Origin: an uncultured Gammaproteobacteria bacterium
GTDB lineage: Bacteria; Pseudomonadota; Gammaproteobacteria; JAURND01
Length of the DNA stretch: 64,000 bases
NCBI GenBank assembly: GCA_963714975.1
Contig: CAVQQD010000002.1
Coordinates: 448,001-512,000 of the forward strand
Reading direction: 5' to 3'
Below, one piece after another: positions 61,759 through 64,000 of this stretch. A program made the translations under genes and the position numbers. Below the pieces are notes generated by a model, which saw nothing but the letters and a program-made list of their open reading frames with translations, had not been told where the DNA came from and did no database searches. Each line of letters starts with the position of its first letter. Positions within the stretch are counted from its first letter, which is position 1.

Positions 61759-62247
61759 ATGCTCACAGCTACTTTTGCTGCAGGATGTTTCTGGGGAGTG
61801 GAAGAGGCGTTTCGAACTTTGCCGGGTGTTCTTACAACTGCAGTGGGATATTCAGGGGGAAGTTTTGAAAATCCTACTTATGAAGATGTTTGTAGTCATA
61901 CGACAGGACATGCTGAAGTAGTACGTATTGACTATGATCCCTCGCAAATTTCCTATGAACAACTGCTTGAGGTGTTTTGGAATATTCACAATCCTACTCA
62001 GTTAAATCGTCAAGGACTTGATGTTGGATCTCAGTACCGATCTGCAATTTTTTTCCATACCAATGAACAGAAGCAAATTGCTCTACAATCCAAGAAAAAT
62101 TTGCAAAGTTCAGGAAAATTTGCTGAAAAAATTGTGACCGAGATTACTCCTGTGGGTAAATTTTATCGAGCTGAAGAATATCATCAAAAATACTTGTATA
62201 AAAATAAGTTAGGTGCTTGTCAGGTGCCGGAGGATAAAAATAAATGA
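61759..62247 (+). CDS. msrA: Peptide methionine sulfoxide reductase A
   Basis: [29 protein letters not shown]. Confidence 0.96.
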   Translation: MLTATFAAGCFWGVEEAFRTLPGVLTTAVGYSGGSFENPTYEDVCSHTTGHAEVVRIDYDPSQISYEQLLEVFWNIHNPTQLNRQGLDVGSQYRSAIFFHTNEQKQIALQSKKNLQSSGKFAEKIVTEITPVGKFYRAEEYHQKYLYKNKLGACQVPEDKNK

Positions 62248-62372
62248 CCTTACCTCGCTTTAATACTTTAATTCTGGAGACTATCCAGCCTTATCTGTTA
62301 AAAATAACCCTAAATCGTCCCCAAGTTTTGAATGCGATTAACGCGGAAATGATGGAAGAGCTTAATTCCTGA
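62244..62372 (+). pseudogene. 5' fragment duplicate of the enoyl-CoA hydratase at 55801
   Basis: [39 protein letters not shown] nearly identical to 55801-55919, then stop. Confidence 0.85.
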
Positions 62373-62435
62373 GTATTAATGAAATTCGAAATTATAGAGA
62401 AGCTGAATTGCGGGCAATGAGATCAACGTAAAAAG

Positions 62436-62531
62436 CAGCAATTCTCGCTGCTCCGTCATGAGACCGGCAGGACCCGTCGGGGAGCAAGGCTTCAGCGGAA
62501 TTGCTGACCGATATGTGTGCATCGGATAGCT
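62436..62531 (-). repeat. Truncated family C MITE copy
   Basis: Reverse complement matches 42772-42880. Confidence 0.8.
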
Positions 62532-62558
62532 ACAGAGGGAGATTTGTTTGCAAAATAT

Positions 62559-64000
62559 TTAACACCGCAATTCATCCAAGTTTTTGAAATATTCCAAGCT
62601 TTCTGGATTCACTAAAGAATCAATATTTTTGACTGCGCGGCCATTAATGACATCGCTGACTGCTAGTTCCACCATTTTTCCACTTAAGGTTTTTGGCATA
62701 TCAGGGACAGCGATAATTTTTGCGGGCACATGGTGGGGAGAAGCATTTTGCCGCAATAGAGAATTGATTTGATCCTTTAATTCTTCGGTAAGCAGGAAAT
62801 TATCCTGTAATTTAACAAATAAAATAATGCGCACGTCGTGGTTCCATTGTTGGCCGACTGCTAAACTTTCTACCACTTCAGGAATTCGTTCTACTTGACG
62901 ATAGATTTCTGCAGTGCCAATGCGTATTCCGCCTGGATTTAAGGCAGCATCAGAGCGGCCATAAATAATTAATCCCCCATGGGAGGTGATTTCAGCATAA
63001 TCGCCATGTGCCCATACCCCTTTAAATTTTTCAAAATAAGCATGATGATATTTCGCCCCTTGCGGATCGTTCCAAAAATAAATTGGCATTGCCGGAAAGG
63101 GGGCGGTACACACCAATTCGCCAGGTTGGTTCAACACAGCATTGCCCGACTCATTATATATTTCTACTTTCAACCCCAGGCCGCGGCACTGTAGTTCGCC
63201 AGGATATATGGGTAGTAGGGGATTCCCTAGCGCGAAGCATGAAACAATATCCGTACCGCCAGAAATCGAAGATAATTGCACATCGGTTTTTATATGCTGA
63301 TAGACATAGTCATAATTCATCGATAATAAGGGTGAGCCCGTAGATAAAATACATTTCAGCGCAGTTAAATGATGAGTTTTTCGTGGTGAAAGACCGGCTT
63401 TTTCTATCGCCGATAGATACTTGGCGCTGGCGCCAAAATGAGTAATGTGTTCTTCATCGATTAAATTAAATAAACTATTGCATGGATATAAAGCAGCACC
63501 GTCGTAAAGTATTAAGGTCGCTCCGGTGACTAGACCACTGACTAACCAATTCCACATCATCCAACCACAGCTGGTATAGTAAAAAAACACGTCGTGGCGG
63601 TGAAGGTCAGTGTGCAACATTAATTCCTTCATATGCTGTAATAAAATTCCTCCAGCGCCATGCACAATGCATTTCGGAAAACCTGTAGTGCCTGAGGAAT
63701 AAAGAATGTAGATTGGATGATCAAAAGCAAGTTGGACAAAGCTAAATGTCGGAAGTGGTGATGGCGAAGCTACAAAGTCAGCATAAAAAATTTGCGTTAT
63801 TCTGGCACTCGTGCTCGTCATCCCGGCATGGATGCCGGGATCCAGATCGCAGGGATGCAAAACTTTCACATCCATGTGACCTGGATCCCGGCATCCTGCC
63901 GGGACGACGGCGTGTGTAGCCAGATAAGGGACGACAATAATTTTTTCTAAACAATTAATTTGCTGGGCTACTGCGGTGATTTTTTCATGCAAAGAATAAA
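62559..64000 (-). CDS. Acetoacetate--CoA ligase (5' end beyond window)
   Basis: YSSGTTGFPKCIVH, GWMMWNW, STGSPL, SGGTD, WAHGD, GRSDA, PKTLSGK. Confidence 0.92.
   Translation of the reverse strand, partial: YSLHEKITAVAQQINCLEKIIVVPYLATHAVVPAGCRDPGHMDVKVLHPCDLDPGIHAGMTSTSARITQIFYADFVASPSPLPTFSFVQLAFDHPIYILYSSGTTGFPKCIVHGAGGILLQHMKELMLHTDLHRHDVFFYYTSCGWMMWNWLVSGLVTGATLILYDGAALYPCNSLFNLIDEEHITHFGASAKYLSAIEKAGLSPRKTHHLTALKCILSTGSPLLSMNYDYVYQHIKTDVQLSSISGGTDIVSCFALGNPLLPIYPGELQCRGLGLKVEIYNESGNAVLNQPGELVCTAPFPAMPIYFWNDPQGAKYHHAYFEKFKGVWAHGDYAEITSHGGLIIYGRSDAALNPGGIRIGTAEIYRQVERIPEVVESLAVGQQWNHDVRIILFVKLQDNFLLTEELKDQINSLLRQNASPHHVPAKIIAVPDMPKTLSGKMVELAVSDVINGRAVKNIDSLVNPESLEYFKNLDELRC
63816..63909. 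repeat. Family B palindromic element inserted in-frame within acetoacetate--CoA ligase
   Basis: cgtcatcccggcatggatgccgggatccag...ctggatcccggcatcctgccgggacgacg; matches 2594-2686 and 49422-49514. Confidence 0.88.

Overview
Window from an AT-rich Gammaproteobacterium, most consistent with a Legionellales/Coxiellaceae-like host-associated organism (inferred from gene content, orphan effector-like proteins and abundant palindromic repeats). The housekeeping backbone comprises purH-purD, mutM, queA / tgt-yajC-secD-secF-plsY-orn, comEA, rpsA-lapA-corC-lnt, a CinA/PncC-Cmk fusion, mutS, yajQ and msrA. Two accessory loci stand out. (1) At 25.6-32.7 kb, four tandem small double-glycine-leader peptides precede a three-gene NHLM-type C39-peptidase export system, with no maturation enzyme or immunity gene beside them. 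Three of the peptides share a gapless 42-residue Ser/Gln/Asn/aromatic beta-strand core, and the fourth is a Cys/Pro periodic peptide, which suggests a secreted self-assembling (amyloid/fibre-like) system rather than a classical bacteriocin. (2) At 34.4-41.6 kb is a sphingolipid-like operon built on a FAAL-ACP-alpha-oxoamine synthase fusion, with a fatty acid hydroxylase, GNAT acyltransferase, SDR reductase, DgkA and a convergent Aur1/PAP2-like enzyme. Also present are an IS4 splitting a response regulator (18-bp IRs, 11-bp TSD), an IS605-type tnpA/tnpB element inserted seamlessly at a stop codon, and a vapBC module with an RHH antitoxin pseudogene. There are two candidate secreted effectors (one with a CaaX box), several MITE/REP families (one translated in-frame inside an enzyme), and a mosaic of duplicated gene ends at 55.7-62.6 kb. 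No rRNA, tRNA or CRISPR array was seen.
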